Shown here piece after piece: positions 25,745 to 42,147 of a stretch of DNA of 64,000 nucleotides (position 1 is the first letter of the stretch; each line of letters begins with the position of its first letter). The position numbers were made by a program, and so were the translations under genes. The notes beneath the pieces are model-generated. The model was not told the DNA's origin. It was given only the letters and a program-made list of their open reading frames with translations, and ran no database searches. The stretch spans positions 93,372,001 to 93,436,000 of the forward strand of contig OZ024742.1 of NCBI GenBank assembly GCA_964016885.1. Direction: 5' to 3'. Origin of the DNA: Eledone cirrhosa. Its lineage: Eukaryota.

Positions 25745-28700
25745 AGTCTACAGTCAACAACAACAACAACACCACCACCTATACTTCAGTCAACAACAAC
25801 AGCACTGTCACAACAGACAACAACAACAACAGCACTGTCACAACAGTCAACAACAACAACACCACTGTCACAACAGACAACAACAACAACAACAATACTA
25901 CAGTCAACAACAACAACAACAACAACAGCACTGACACTACAGTCAACAACAACAACAATACTACAGTCCACAACAACAACAACCACAACAGCACTGACAC
26001 TACAGTCAACAACAACAACAACACTGACACAACAGTCAACAACAACAGCAATACTACAGTCAACAACAACAACAACAGCACTGACACAACAGTCAACAAC
26101 AACAACAATACTACAGTCCACAACAACAACACTGACACAACAGTCAACAACAACAGCAATACTACAGTCAACAACAACAACAACAGCACTGACACAACAG
26201 TCAACAACAACAACAATACTACAGTCAACAACAACAACAACAGCACTGACACAACAGTCAACAACAACAACAACACTGACACAACAGTCAACAACAACAG
26301 CAATACTACAGTCAACAACAACAACAACAGCACTGACACAACAGTCAACAACAACAACAATACTACAGTCAACAACAACAGCACTGACACAACAGTCAAC
26401 AACAACAACAATACTACAGTCAACAACAACAACAACACCACTGTCACAACAGTCAACAACAACAACAATACTACAGTCAACAACAACAGCACTGACACAA
26501 CAGTCAACAACAACAACAATACTACAGTCAACAACAACAACAACACCACTGTCACAACAGTCAACAACAACAACAATACTACAGTTAACAACAACAGCAC
26601 TGACACAACAGTCAACAACAACAACAATACTACAGTCAACAACAACAACAACACCACTGTCACAACAGTGAACAACAACAACAATACTACAGTCAACAAC
26701 AACAACAACAGCACTGACACAACAGTCAACAACAACAACAATACTACAGTCAACAACAACAACACTGACACAACAGACAACAACAACAACAATACTACAG
26801 TCAACAACAACAACAACACCACTGTCACAACAGTCAACAACAACAACAATACTACAGTCAACAACAACAACAACAACAGCACTGACACAACAGTCAACAA
26901 CAACAACAATACTACAGTCAACAACAACAACACTGACACAACAGACAACAACAACAACAATACTACAGTCAACAACAACAACAACAGCACTGACACAACA
27001 GTCAACAACAACAACAATACTACAGTCCACAACAACAACAACAGCACTGACACTACAGACAACAACAACAAAAATACTACAGTCCACAACAACAACAACC
27101 ACAACAGCACTGACACTACAGTCAACAACAACAACAACAGCACTGACACAACAGTCAACAACAACAACAATACTACAGTCAACAACAACAACACTGACAC
27201 AACAGTCAACAACAACAGCAATACTACAGTCAACAACAGCACTGACACAACAGTCAACAACAACAACAATACTACAGTCCACAACAACAACAACAGCACT
27301 GACACTACAGTAAACAACAACAATACTACAGTCCACAACAACAACAGCACTGACACTACAGTAAACAACAACAATACTACAGTCAACAACAACAACAACA
27401 ACACTGACACAACAGACAACAACAACAACAATACTACAGTCAACAACAACAACAACAACAACACTGACACAACAGACAACAACAACAACAATACTACAGT
27501 CAACAACAACAACAACACCACTGTCACAACAGTCAACAACAACAACAATACTACAGTCAACAACAAAAACAACAGCACTGACACAACAGTCAACAACAAC
27601 AACAATACTACAGTCAACAACAACAACACTGACACAACAGACAACAACAACAACAATACTACAGTCAACAACAACAACAACAGCACTGACACACCAGTCA
27701 ACAACAGCAACAATACTACAGTCAACAACAACAACAACAATGACACAACAGTCAACAACAACAACAACAACAATGACACAACAGTCAACAACAACAGCAA
27801 TACTACAGTCAACAACAACAACAACAGCACTGACACAACAGTCAACAACAACAACAATACTACAGTCCACAACAACGACAACAGCACTGACACTACAGTA
27901 AACAACAACAATACTACAGTCAACAACAACAACAACAGCACTGACACAACAGACAACAACAACAACAATACTACAGTCAACAACAACAACAACAACACTG
28001 ACACAACAGACAACAACAACAACAATACTACAGTCAACAACAACAAAAACAGCACTGACACAACAGTCAACAACAACAACAATACTACAGTCAACAACAA
28101 CAACACTGACACAACAGACAACAACAACAATACTACAGTCAACAACAACAACAACACCACTGACACAACAGTCAACAACAACAACAATACTACAGTCAAC
28201 AACAACAACAACACCACTGACACAACAGTCAACAACAAACACAATACTACAGTCAACAACAACAATACTAGTCAACAACAACAACAACAGCACTGACACT
28301 ACAGTCAACAACAACAACAACAACAACACTGACACTACAGTCAACAACAACAACAATACTACAGTCAACAACAACAACAACAACAGCACTGACACTACAG
28401 TCAACAACAACAGCAATACTACAGTCAACAACAACAACAACAGCACTGACACAACAGTCAACAACAACAACAATACTACAGTGCACAACAACAACACTGA
28501 CACAACAGTCAACAACAACAGCAATACTACAGTCAACAACAACAACAACAACAGCACTGACACAACAGTCAACAACAACAACAATACTACAGTCAACAAC
28601 AACAACACTGACACGACAGTCAACAACAACAGCAATACTACAGTCAACAACAACAGCAATACTACAGTCAACAACAACAACAACAGCACTGACACAACAG

Positions 28701-31700
28701 TCAACAACAACAGCAATACTACAGTCAACAACAACAACAACAGCACTGACACAACAGTCAACAACAACAACAATACTACAGTCAACAACAACAACAACAC
28801 TGACACAACAGTCAACAACAACAGCAATACTACAGTCAACAACAACAACAACAGCACTGACACAACAGTCAACAACAACAACAATACTACAGTCAACAAC
28901 AACAACACTGACACAACAGTCAACAACAACAGCAATACTACAGTCAACAACAACAACAACAGCACTGACACAACAGTCAACAACAACAACAATACTACAG
29001 TCAACAACAACAACAACACTGACACAACAGTCAACAACAACAACAATACTACAGTCCACAACAACAACAACAGCACTGACACTACAGTAAACAACAACAA
29101 TACTACAGTCAACAACAACAACAACAGCACTGACACAACAGACAACAACAACAACAATACTACAGTCAACAACAACAACAACGCCACTGTCACAACAGTC
29201 AACAACAACAACAATACTACAGTCAACAACAACAACAACACCACTGACACAACAGTCAACAACAAACACAATACTACAGTCAACAACAACAACAACAGCA
29301 CTGACACAACAGACAACAACAACAACAATACTACAGTCAACAACAACAACACCACTGACACAACAGTCAACAACAACAACAATACTACAGTCAACAACAA
29401 CAACAACAGCACTGACACAACAGTCAACAACAACAACAATACTACAGTCAACAACAACAACACTGACACAACAGACAACAACAACAACAATACTACAGTC
29501 AACAACAACAACAACAGCACTGACACAACAGTCAACAACAACAACAATACTACAGTCAACAACAACAACACTGACACAACAGACAACAACAACAACAATA
29601 CTACAGTCAACAACAACAACAACACCACTGACACAACAGTCAACAACAACAACAATACTACAGTCAACAACAACAACAACACCACTGACACAACAGTCAA
29701 CAACAACAACAATACTACAGTCAACAACAACAACAACAGCACTGACACTACAGTCAACAACAACAACAACAGCACTGACACTACAGACAACAGCAACAAC
29801 AATACTACAGTCAACAACAACAACAACACCACTGACACAACAGACAACAACAACAACAATACTACAGTCAACAACAACAACAACACCACTGACACAACAG
29901 TCAACAACAACAACAACAGCACTGACACTACAGTCAACAACAACAACAACAGCACTGACACTACAGTCAACAACAACAACAACAGCACTGACACTACATA
30001 CAACAGCAACAACAATACTACAGTCAACAACAACAACAACAGCACTGACACTACAGTCAACAACAACAACAATACTACAGTCAACAACAACAACACTGAC
30101 ACAACAGACAACAACAACAGCAATACTACAGTCAACAACAACAACAACAGCACTGACACAACAGACAACAACAACAGCAATACTACAGTCAACAACAACA
30201 ACAACAGCACTGACACAACAGTCAACAACAACAATACTACAGTCAACAACAACAACACTGACACAACAGACAACAACAACAATACTACAGTCAACAACAA
30301 CAACAACACCACTGACACAACAGTCAACAACAACAACAATACTACAGTCAACAACAACAACAACAGCACTGACACAACAGTCAACAACAACAACAATACT
30401 ACAGTCAACAACAACAGCACTGACACAACAGTCAACAACAACAACAATACTACAGTCAAAAACAACAACAACAGCACTGACACAACAGTCAACAACAACA
30501 ACAATACTACAGTCAAAAACAACAACAACAGCACTGACACAACAGTCAACAACAACAACAATACTACAGTCAACAACAACAACAACAGCACTGACACAAC
30601 AGTCAACAACAACAACAATACTACAGTCAACAACAACAGCACTGACACAACAGTCAACAACAACAACAATACTACAGTCAACAACAACAACAACACGGAC
30701 ACAACAGTCAACAACAACAACAATACTACAGTCAACAACAACAGCACTGACACAACAGTCAACAACAACAACAATACTACAGTCAAAAACAACAACAACA
30801 GCACTGACACAACAGTCAACAACAACAACAATACTACAGTCAACAACAACAACACCACTGTCACAACAGTCAACAACAACAACAATACTACAGTCCACAA
30901 CAACAACAACAGCACTGACACTACAGTAAACAACAACAATACTACAGTCAACAACAACAACAACAGCACTGACACAACAGACAACAACAACAACAATACT
31001 ACAGTCAACAACAACAACAACAACACTGACACAACAGACAACAACAACAACAACAATACTACAGTCAACAACAACAACAACAGCACTGACACAACAGTCA
31101 ACAACAACAACAATACTACAGTCAACAACAACAACACTGACACAACAGACAACAACAACAACAATACTACAGTCAACAACAACAACAACGCCACTGTCAC
31201 AACAGTCAACAACAACAACAATACTACAGTGAAAAACAACAACAACACCACTGACACAACAGACAACAACAACAATACTACAGTCAACAACAACAACAAC
31301 ACCACTGACACAACAGTCAACAACAACAACAATACTACAGTCAACAACAACAACAACACCACTGACACAACAGTCAACAACAACAACAATACTACAGTCA
31401 ACAACAACAACAACACCACTGACACAACAGTCAACAACAACAACAATACTACAGTCAACAACAACATCAACACCACTGACACAACAGTCAACAACAAACA
31501 CAATACTACAGTCAACAACAACAACACTGACACAACAGACAACAACAACAACAATACTACAGTCAACAACAACAACAACAGCACTGACACTACAGTCAAC
31601 AACAACAACAATACTACAGTCAACAACAACAACAACAACAACACTGACACTACAGTCAACAACAACAGCAATACTACAGTCAACAACAACAACAACACCA

Positions 31701-34700
31701 CTGTCACAACAGACAACAACAACAACAATACTACAGTCAACAACAACAACAACAGCACTGACACTACAGTCAACAGCAACAGCAATACTACAGTCAACAA
31801 CAACAACAACAACACTGTCACAACAGACAACAACAACAACAATACTACAGTCAACAACAACAACATTACTACAGTCAACAACAACAACAACACCACTGAC
31901 ACTACAGTCAACAACAACAACAATACTACAGTCAACAACAACAACATTACTACAGTCAACAACAACAACAACACCACTGACACTACAGTCAACAACAACA
32001 ACAATACTACAGTCAACAACAACAACAACAGCACTGACACTACAGTCAACAACAACAACAACAATACTACAGTCAACAACAACAACAACAGCACTGACAC
32101 AACAGTCAACAACAACAACAATACTACAGTCAACAACAACAACACTGTCACAACAGACAACAACAATAACAATACTACAGTCAACAACAACAACAACAGC
32201 ACTGACACAACAGTCAACAACAACAACAACAGCAATACTACAGTCAACAACAACAACAACAGCACTGACACAACAGACAACGACAACAGCAATACGACAG
32301 TCAACAACAACAACAACAGCACTGACACAACAGTCAACAACAACAACAATACTACAGTCAACAACAACAACACTGACATAACAGACGACAACAACAACAA
32401 TACTACAGTCAACAACAACAACAGCACTGACACAACAGTCAACAACAACAACAATACTACAGTCAACAACAACAACACTGACATAACAGACGACAACAAC
32501 AACAATACTACAGTCAACAACAACAACAATACTACAGTCAACAACAACAACACTGACACAACAGACAACAACAAAAACAATACTACAGTTAACAACAACA
32601 ACAACAACACCACTGACACAACAGTCAACAACAACAACAATACTACAGTCAACAACAACAACAACAGCACTGACACGACAGTCAACAACAACAGCAATAC
32701 TACAGTCAACAACAACAACAACAGCACTGACACTACAGTCAACAACAACAACAACAACACAGACACAACAGACAACAACAACAACAATACTACAGTCAAC
32801 AACAACAACAACACCACTGACACAACAGTCAACAACAACAACAATACTACAGTCAACAACAACAACACCACTGACACAACAGTCAACAACAACAACAACA
32901 GCACTGACACTACAGTCAACAACAACAACAACAGCACTGACACCTCAGTCAACAACAACAACAACAGCACTGACACTACAGACAACAGCAACAACAATAC
33001 TACAGTCAACAACAACAACAACACCACTGACACAACAGACAACAACAACAACAATACTACAGTCAACAACAACAACAACACCACTGACACAACAGTCAAC
33101 AACAACAACAATACTACAGTCAACAACAACAACAACACCACTGACACAACAGTCAACAACAACAACAACAATACTACAGTCAACAACAACAACACTGACA
33201 CAACAGACAACAACAACAACAATACTACAGTCAACAACATCAACAACAGCACTGACACAACAGTCAACAACAACAACAACAGCAATACTACAGTCAACAA
33301 CAACAATAACAGCACTGACACAACAGACAACAACAACAGCAATACTACAGTCAACAACAACAACAACAGCACTGACACAACAGTCAACAACAACAACAAT
33401 ACTACAGTCAACAACAACAACACTGACACAACAGACAACAACAACAACAATACTACAGTCAACAACAACAACAACAGCACTGACACAACAGTCAACAACA
33501 ACAACAATACTACAGTCAACAACAACAACACTGACACAACAGTCAACAACAACAGCAATACTACAGTCAACAACAACAACAACAGCACTGACACAACAGT
33601 CAACAACAACAACAATACTACAGTCAACAACAACAACACTGACACAACAGACAACAACAACAACAATACTACAGTCAACAACAACAACAACACCACTGAC
33701 ACAACAGTCAACAACAACAACAATACTACAGTCAACAACAACAACAACAGCACTGACACAACAGTCAACAACAACAACAATACTACAGTCAACAACAACA
33801 ACACTGACACAACAGTCAACAACAACAGCAATACTACAGTCAACAACAACAACAACACCACTGACACAACAGTCAACAACAACAACAATACTACAGTCAA
33901 CAACAACAACAACAGCACTGACACAACAGTCAACAACAACAGCAATACTACAGTCAACAACAACAACAACACCACTGTCACACTAGTCAACAACAACAAC
34001 AATACTACAGTCAACAACAACAACAACAGCACTGACACAACATTCAACAACAACAGCAATACTACAGTCAACAACAACAACAACAGCACTGACACAACAG
34101 TCAACAACAACAACAATAGCAATACTACAGTCAACAACAACAACAACAACACTGACACTACAGTCAACAACAACAACAATGCTACAGTCAACAACAACAA
34201 CAACAACAGCACTGACACAACAGTCAACAACAACAACAATACTACAGTCAACAACAACAACACTGACACTACAGTCAACAACAACAACAATGCTAGAGTC
34301 AACAACAACAACAACACCACTGACTCAACAGTCAACAACAACAACAATACTACAGTCAACAACAACAACAACAGCACTGACACAACAGACAACAACAACA
34401 ACAATACTACAGTCAACAACAACAACAACACCACTGACACAACAATCAACAACAACAACAATACTACAGTCAACAACAACAACAACACCACTGACACAAC
34501 AGTCAACAACAACAACAATACTACAATCAACAACAACAACAATGCTACAGTGAACAACAACCATAACAGCACTGACACAACAGTCAACAACAACAACAAT
34601 ACTACAGTCAACAACAACAACAACAGCACTGACACAACAGTCAACAACAACAACAATACTACAGTCAACAACAACAACAACAGCACTGACACAACAGACA

Positions 34701-36245
34701 ACAACAACAACAATACTACAGTCAACAACAACAACAACACCACTGACACAACAATCAACAACAACAACAATACTACAGTCAACAACAACAACAACACCAC
34801 TGACACAACAGTCAACAACAACAACAATACTACAATCAACAACAACAACAATGCTACAGTGAACAACAACCATAACAGCACTGACACAACAGTCAACAAC
34901 AACAACAATACTACAGTCAACAACAACAACAACAGCACTGACACAACAGACAACAACAACAACAATACTACAGTCCACAACAACAACACTGACTCAACAG
35001 ACAACAACAACAACAATACTACAGTCAACAACAACAACAACACCACTGACACAACAGTCAACAACAACAACAATACTACAGTCAACAACAACAACAACAG
35101 CACTGACACTACAGTCAACAACAACAACAATACTACAGTCAACAACAACAACAACAGCACTGTCACAACAGTCAACAACAACAACAATACTACAGTCAAC
35201 AACAACAACAACAGCACTGACACTACAGTCAACAACAACAACAATACTACAGTCAACAACAACAACAACAGCACTGTCACAACAGTCAACAACAACAATA
35301 CAACAGTCAACAACAACAACAACAGCACTGACACAACAGTCAACAACAACAACAATACTACAGTCCACAACAACAACAACAGCACTGACACAACAGTCAA
35401 CAACAACAACAATACTACAGTCCACAACAACAACACTGACACAACAGACAACAACAACAACAATACTACAGTCAACAACAACAAAAACAGCACTGTCACA
35501 ACAGTCAACAACAACAGCAATACTACAGTCAACAACAACAGCAATACTACACTCAACAACAACAACAACAGCACTGACACTACAGTCAACAACAACAACA
35601 ACAGCACTGTCACAACAGTTAACAACAACAACAATACTACAGTCAACAACAACAACAACAACACTGTCACAACAGACAACAACAACAGCAATACTACAGT
35701 CAACAACAACAACAATACTACAGTCAACAACAACAACAACAGCACTGACACTACAGTCAACAACAACAACAGCACTGACACTACAGTCAACAACAACAAC
35801 AGCACTGACACTACAGTCAACAACAACAACAGCACTGACACTACAGTCAACAACAACAATAGCACTGACACAACAGTCAACAACAACAACAGCACTGACA
35901 CTACAGTCAACAACAACAACAACAACAGCACTGACACTACAGTCAACAACAACAACAGCACTGACACTACAGTCAACAACAACAACAGCACTGACACTAC
36001 AGTCAACAACAACAACAGCACTGACACTACAGTCAACAATAACAATAGCACTGACACAACAGTCAACAACAACAACAGCACTGACACTACAGTCAACAAC
36101 AACAATAACAACAGCACTGACACAACAGTCAACAACAACAACAGCACTGACACTACAGTCAACAACAATAACAGCACTGACACTACGGTCAACAATAACA
36201 ACAGCACTGACACAACAGTCAACAACAACAACAACAACAACAATA
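25745..36245. repeat. 10.5-kb composite AAC minisatellite
   Basis: The modules gtc(aac)n-aatactaca and gtc(aac)n-agcactgacacaaca alternate. This array is the source of the 500-3500 aa low-complexity ORFs. Confidence 0.95.
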
Positions 36246-37690
36246 GTTTCAATACTGCAGTTCAACAACAACAACGATAGTAACAACAATAATGTTGCCA
36301 GAACAGCAGCCCTGGTACTACAACCGACAATAAAAGTAACAGGAGCAAGAACAAGAACAACAATGCCACAAGCAACAACAACAACAACAAAAACAAAAAC
36401 AACAGTGCTGCCAACATGAACAGCAACATCAACAATAGCAACCACAACAACAAGAAGAAGCACAGCAACTGCAACAACAACAGAAACAAGACTTCATACA
36501 TGTAACAATAGCTGCAACAACATGACTGCAGTGAAGAACAACAACAGTAATGTGACTGCAACCATCAAAAATATCAAGATATGGCAATATGAATCCCTAT
36601 AAAGTCTCTCCAGGCAGTCATTCACCCCCTCCCCAAAATAGCAGCCAAATTTCCCTAAAATCCCATCCTAAAAATGGAGAAAACATTGGCAGAGTTATTA
36701 GAACATCAGAGAGAATGCTTCATGGTATTCATTTTGGTTCTCTGCTCTCTGAGTTCAAATTCCACCGAGGTAAACTTTGCCTTTCATCCTTTCGAGGTCA
36801 ATAAAAGAATTATCAATCTAGTACAAAGTTAGATCCTTCCACTGTCTCATTTACATTCTCTCACTCTCTATCCTTCTCTGGAAGAAATCTACTATATTCT
36901 GACTTGGAGAGGAGATGGGCTCTGGCAGGTTTAAAAAGCTCTTGAAATGCCTTCAGGAGTTATGGGAGCATGCACGCATACTTCAATGTATTCATAACAC
37001 AGCAATTTTGAAGTATATAAAACATTGGATAAAAAGAAGTTGTGATGGACAAGTCTGGACCTCTTTTGATTATAAGTCTGCTCAGTCAAGTTTGACCTGG
37101 TATGGTACATATTAATGTGGGTGACTATTTCTAGAAAAAAGAGAACAATAGATGTATAAAGTGTATATTTTCTATTGAGGAAATTAAATGTGCAGTTTCC
37201 CATTGATCAGTTTAATTTCATTACACGATCATCAGACTGTGAGAATCAAGAACTTGGAGGAAATAGTTCAGATTCCTTTTTAAAAACAACTCTTTTACTC
37301 TTTTACCTGTTCCAGCCATCCAGCTGAGGCCATGCTATTTAAAATATACTTTTAAAGGTGATGTCAAACATAGAAACACACCTGCATAAAAACAAACTAT
37401 TACTCAGTTGACCACAAGCTACTGTTTCTATTTAAATATCCCTTTTCCAATTATAAAACAAATTTAGCCCCTCTCCATCTAAACTTCCAAACTACACACA
37501 TGCATGCACTGAACCAATTGAGTATCAATAACTTCCAATATCTTGATTTTCACAATTCAAAGAAACTAAACTAGTAAGATACTGTAAGGAATTATACTTA
37601 TAATGTGGATATGTACATATAAGCCTTGCAAGACAAGAAACAATGCTTTAATATCAAATAGAGAAGAGTGCTTGAGAAAACTAAAGCCTA

Positions 37691-37891
37691 TAAGAGTAGG
37701 CTGAAAAGTTCATAGGCTGATTATAAAAGAGTGATGCTAGAACTGTGAAATCTTGCATGTATTGATTTCAACTTTTTTTTATATTAATAACTGCATTGTT
37801 TCTTTCCAGGGTCTATGTTGTAAAATAACTCTCATTTGGTAATTCCATGAGAGTATCTTGGTCAGCCTGTGAACTTTTCAGCTGGCGTTTG
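37691..37891. mobile_element. Mariner-derived MITE
   Basis: The TIR cores are ggctgaaaagttcataggctga and tcagcctgtgaacttttcagc, with TA flanks. It is an inverted homologue of 40645-40841. Confidence 0.75.
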
Positions 37892-38519
37892 TATATTAAC
37901 AATTCAGGAGATACAGATTTTGCAGCACAGGAAAGATCCTAAAATTCCAAAGATTGAAATCTTTTAATGGCTACCTCATTTCCAAAAGTGAAATATTCAC
38001 AGCCAGCAACTATTTCATGAAATACATCCTTGCATGCTAGAATTACCCATTCTACCACCTCAGAGGGCTGGTCCTCTGTAATTGACACCTCATAAGCAAC
38101 TTCAAATTTTTATTCAAACTTCTGAAATATACCATCTATGCACTCAATTAATCATCAGATCTGTTCTTCAAAAGGAAACACCTCTGTAATATAGAATGAC
38201 CAGTTTATCACCACTACAGTGTTTTCTTCTCTCATAGACGTACTAGTTCTCGTAATTCAATGTATTTCTCAAACAGCCAAATTGAAAACATATTGGATAT
38301 AATGAATCATGTTTTCAGCTATGGTGTAATTTAAATTCCAATTAAGACATGCTTAATATGAGAAATCCATGGTAACCCAACACGTTTAATAAAGAAAATA
38401 TATAGGTTTTCAAACGATATATTGCTACCTTATCAATTATTGAATATAATACTACAGACACACATGTCCACACACATGCACTGACACAAACATTGACACA
38501 CTCAGACATGCACACACTC

Positions 38520-38554
<35 letters not shown>

Positions 38555-38797
38555 CATGCTTATGTTATGTTCTTGGTATTTTTAACCAAACTTTTTATTC
38601 AAACCACAAGAGTATATTGTTCTTATTCCATCGACCATAACTAGGATATACTTGTATTACTTATTAACTACTTATGGTGAGGTACACTTTTATATTGGAA
38701 TATATCTTGATACACTAACCTACAGTTATAAATATATATATGTATATATATATATATATGTATATGTATATGTATGTATATAGACATACACATACAT

Positions 38798-38837
<40 letters not shown>

Positions 38838-39667
38838 ACACATATATATATATATATTTATTTATCTAATTACCTAATGTAGTTCTTCTCAATTTAATGT
38901 ATGCATTTTACTGTATCAGTACCTCTCTTTGTTTCTCTTTTTATCCTACCTAAAACCTTTTCTAAATTTCCTTTCAAATGCTTTTATAATTCTTCGATAG
39001 AATTCCCACCATTATTTCAATTAAGCCAATCATTTCTCTATACTTAACTCTCTGATCCACTTATTAATTTAGGAAAGAAAATTACATTCTAAATCTTGCA
39101 TTCAGTATTTGATGATCATTTCTATTGATAAGAATTTTAATACTGCCTCTCTACTTTTACCCAGTATTAATTCAATTTATTTCAATTTAATTTAATTATT
39201 AAATACAATACTTAGGCCCTCATATATTCAAACACATTTGCAACCATATTAATTCGTTTATGTACAATATAAACATTTTATATTTTCTAGTCAAGATTCA
39301 TTATTTCTTCTTTCTTTGAGATGTCTGAACACACTTGATTGGTTCCAGAGAGAAGAAAGAGTGAAAATTAGAAAGTGAGAAAGAGATTAAGTAAGAATCA
39401 ACCCCAGTACTTTATTTATTGACCTCAAAGGGACGAAAGGTTGAGTTGACCTTGGTGGAATTTGAACTAAGAATGCCAAGAGCTGGAACAAATACTGCAA
39501 AACATCCTACATTCACTACTTTAGCCAAGATTCATACAACGCATTAAACATTTATATTTTTTAAATATTTAGTCATATTACATAGTTTTCTCTCAAAATC
39601 GTTTATACATAATTTAATAATTTAACAAGACTAAATTTGGCTTCAAATTCTTCATCTTATTAATACT

Positions 39668-39926
39668 TTATTCTTTCATTACCATATTTTGAAGGAAAAC
39701 ACTAGCTATGATTTTCAAATCATTTAAAAAATAATCAAGAATTTGGAGAGATTTAGTAAAATAACTGGATTTTTTATAATTAAGCTGCTGTTTGGCACAT
39801 ACCTTAACAAAATCACTTATATAAAATTATGATAGAAGCTCTTTAGATAAATATAAACATTTTAAAAAACAGTTTGTATCATACAACCAGTGATAGTTTC
39901 TTTCAGATTGTTATCAAAAGGGTTAA
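39668..39926. mobile_element. piggyBac-like TTAA MITE copy
   Basis: It reads ctttcattaccatattt...tatcaaaagggTTAA. Confidence 0.6.
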
Positions 39927-40644
39927 TCAGCCACTAGCAATCAACAAAGTTTTTCCTCCTCAATAATTTGCTTGCTTCTTTCATTTTTGTTTTTCATATA
40001 TATTTGCAAACTTATTTCTTTCTTCATTACTAATTCTATCTGCTATCCACCTTTCAAACCCACCTTTCACATATATTTAGCTCATTCTATTATTCACTCC
40101 AGCAAATTGGTAAGGTCATTAGAACGTTGGATAGAATTCTTTATTTTATTTGCTCTGATTCCTGACATTCTGAGTTCAAATCTAGCTGAGGTCAACTTTA
40201 CCTTTCATTCATACAAGGTTGATAAAAAAAATATACCAGTCTAGTACTGGGGCTGATTCATCTTCTCTCTCTCTCTCTCTCTCTCCTTATTTGTAAGAAA
40301 TCAGCTGTATTCCAATCTGGAGAGGTGATGGTTTCCACTAGGCTTAAAATACTGAAGACGCCCATACAGCCATTTTCACCCACCATCTTCTCTCCATACT
40401 ATCATCTCTATTGACAATTTCTGTCTAGAATAAAATAGACTATAGCCTGTAGGTGTTTATTTTAAATACATATTTTAACTTTGCTAATTATGCTTTGAGT
40501 ACTATACTTTGATTTTATCTCAAGTAAACAGATCACATAGTTTTAACTATAAGTAATCCAGTTGTTTGATCAATGGGCCAGTTTTTTCTTTAAAATAATG
40601 TGAAAGTGACTGAACATACCAAAGACATATGTACCTTTAACATA

Positions 40645-40841
40645 CGAGGTTTGGCTGAAAAGTTCATAGGCTGACCAAGATACTCTCATGGAATGACCAA
40701 ATGAGGTTTATTTTTCAACATAGCCCCTGGAAAGAAACAATGAAGTATTAATAAGAAGATTTGAGATTAATGCATATAAAGTTTCACAGCACTAGCATCA
40801 CACTTTCATAGTCAGCCTATGAATTTTTCTACTGACCCTCA
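40645..40841. mobile_element. Mariner-derived MITE nested in a SINE tail
   Basis: It reads TA-cgaggtttggctgaaaagttcataggctgac...gtcagcctatgaatttttctactgaccctca-TA, and the SINE tail resumes on both sides. Confidence 0.8.
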
Positions 40842-40879
40842 TAATTTTCACGATTGATTGTGCATGACACAATAAGTTA

Positions 40880-42009
40880 AGACACGGGAGGTTAAGCTGG
40901 AATCTGACTTCAGATCAGCAAATAAAGTATTCTGGCAGCGCATCCGCTGACTTTGTAATAAGAAGCCCTCATGCACAGTTACTATCAAGAAGGAATCTGG
41001 GGTTCTCCTCTCTTCAGAGAGGTGCAACTTCACAAAATGAAGAAAATATTTTGTTGATCTCCTAAACCCCAAAATAACATCATCTTCTGATGTACACGTG
41101 GTATATCTGGGAGCGGTGACTAATCTCTGAGAGGCTGAGGTCACGAGAGCTGGGGAAGATTAAATAATGCCCAAGATGTTAAATACCTTAAATAGAGAAG
41201 GTATGCTCTGTCTGACTCATGTGTGCCAGGTGACCTGGATCTCTGGAAAGGCACCTAAGCAATGGTAATTGGGAGTGATAATGCCAATTTTCAGCTAGGG
41301 ATACATGAGAGATTGTTCCAATTACAGAGAGATCTCTTTGTTAAGAAGGGGCATCATGAATGGTGGGTGTAAAATCAGTCAGCTGAAATTTGCAGATGAC
41401 GTGTGCAAGAATTGCAGGAGCTGGTGCAGTAATGCACCAGCTTCAGCATTTGGCATTCAGAAGAAGGGAGGTAGGCATCAAAGCCAAACTCGCTATCTTC
41501 AATTCGGTATTCGTGACAATCTTTACCTATGGTCAGAAATATTGGGTAATGAGTGAAAGAATATGATTGTGAATACAAGCAGCTGAAATGGGGTTCTTTC
41601 AAAGAGTCTCTGGAGTAATGTTACTTGATAGAGTGTGTAGCTTGAAGATCAGGGAATCACTCCAAGTGGAGCTGCTACTTCTAATTCAGAGATCACAGCT
41701 CCAATACTATGAACATGTGGTTAGAATGTCTCAGGAAAGAACTGCAGGACAGATTTTATGGGCAAAACTAACTGGCAGAAAGACTCAGGTTTGATAACAT
41801 GCATGAGCTTGATCGGTCTTGCTTGTGGATCCAGCCAGATCAGTTGGAGATGGTTGCTTCTGACAGGACCTATAGGAAAGAGTTTTTGAGGACTCTGCCT
41901 CCACAACCCTCTCAGGAATAAGCGGAAGAAGAAAAAGAAGAAGAAGAAGAAGAAGAAGAAGAAGAAGAAGAAGAAGAAGAAGAAGAAGAAGAAGAAGAAG
42001 AAGAAGAAA
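40880..42009 (+). mobile_element. Internally deleted RTE LINE (third family) ending in (AAG)n
   Basis: It has RDCSNYREISL, LKFADD, IQAAEMGFFQRVSG and QRSQLQYYEHVVRM motifs and an (AAG)n tail at about 41926-42009. Confidence 0.8.
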
Positions 42010-42147
42010 ATCAAAACTATTGAGTGTGGCGTCACATTCAAAATGCCTGCAAATAATATAGTTTGGAGATCATTCCTTTTATTAATAAAATAAAATATGA
42101 ATAAAAAACATTAAATTATAAAAGTAAACAACCTTTTCCAAAATAAA

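Noticed and set aside
25611-36245. Gln-rich frame in which TGA alternates with TGT (H*HNS versus HCHNS), suggesting a poly-selenocysteine protein
   Set aside because: A single A/T variant of a repeat unit explains it. The same frame also has TAA stops (for example caacaataac near 32165 and 33305), and I saw no SECIS.
25786-36252. 3488-aa and other giant Leu/Val-rich minus-strand ORFs
   Set aside because: They are translations of (GTT)n modules that lack stops by composition, and they contain no domain.
37930-38340. Coding-looking minus-strand stretch (FEVAYEVSITEDQPSEVVEWVILAC...)
   Set aside because: It is short, bounded by stops and has no motif I recognise. It may be a decayed element but I cannot support a call.
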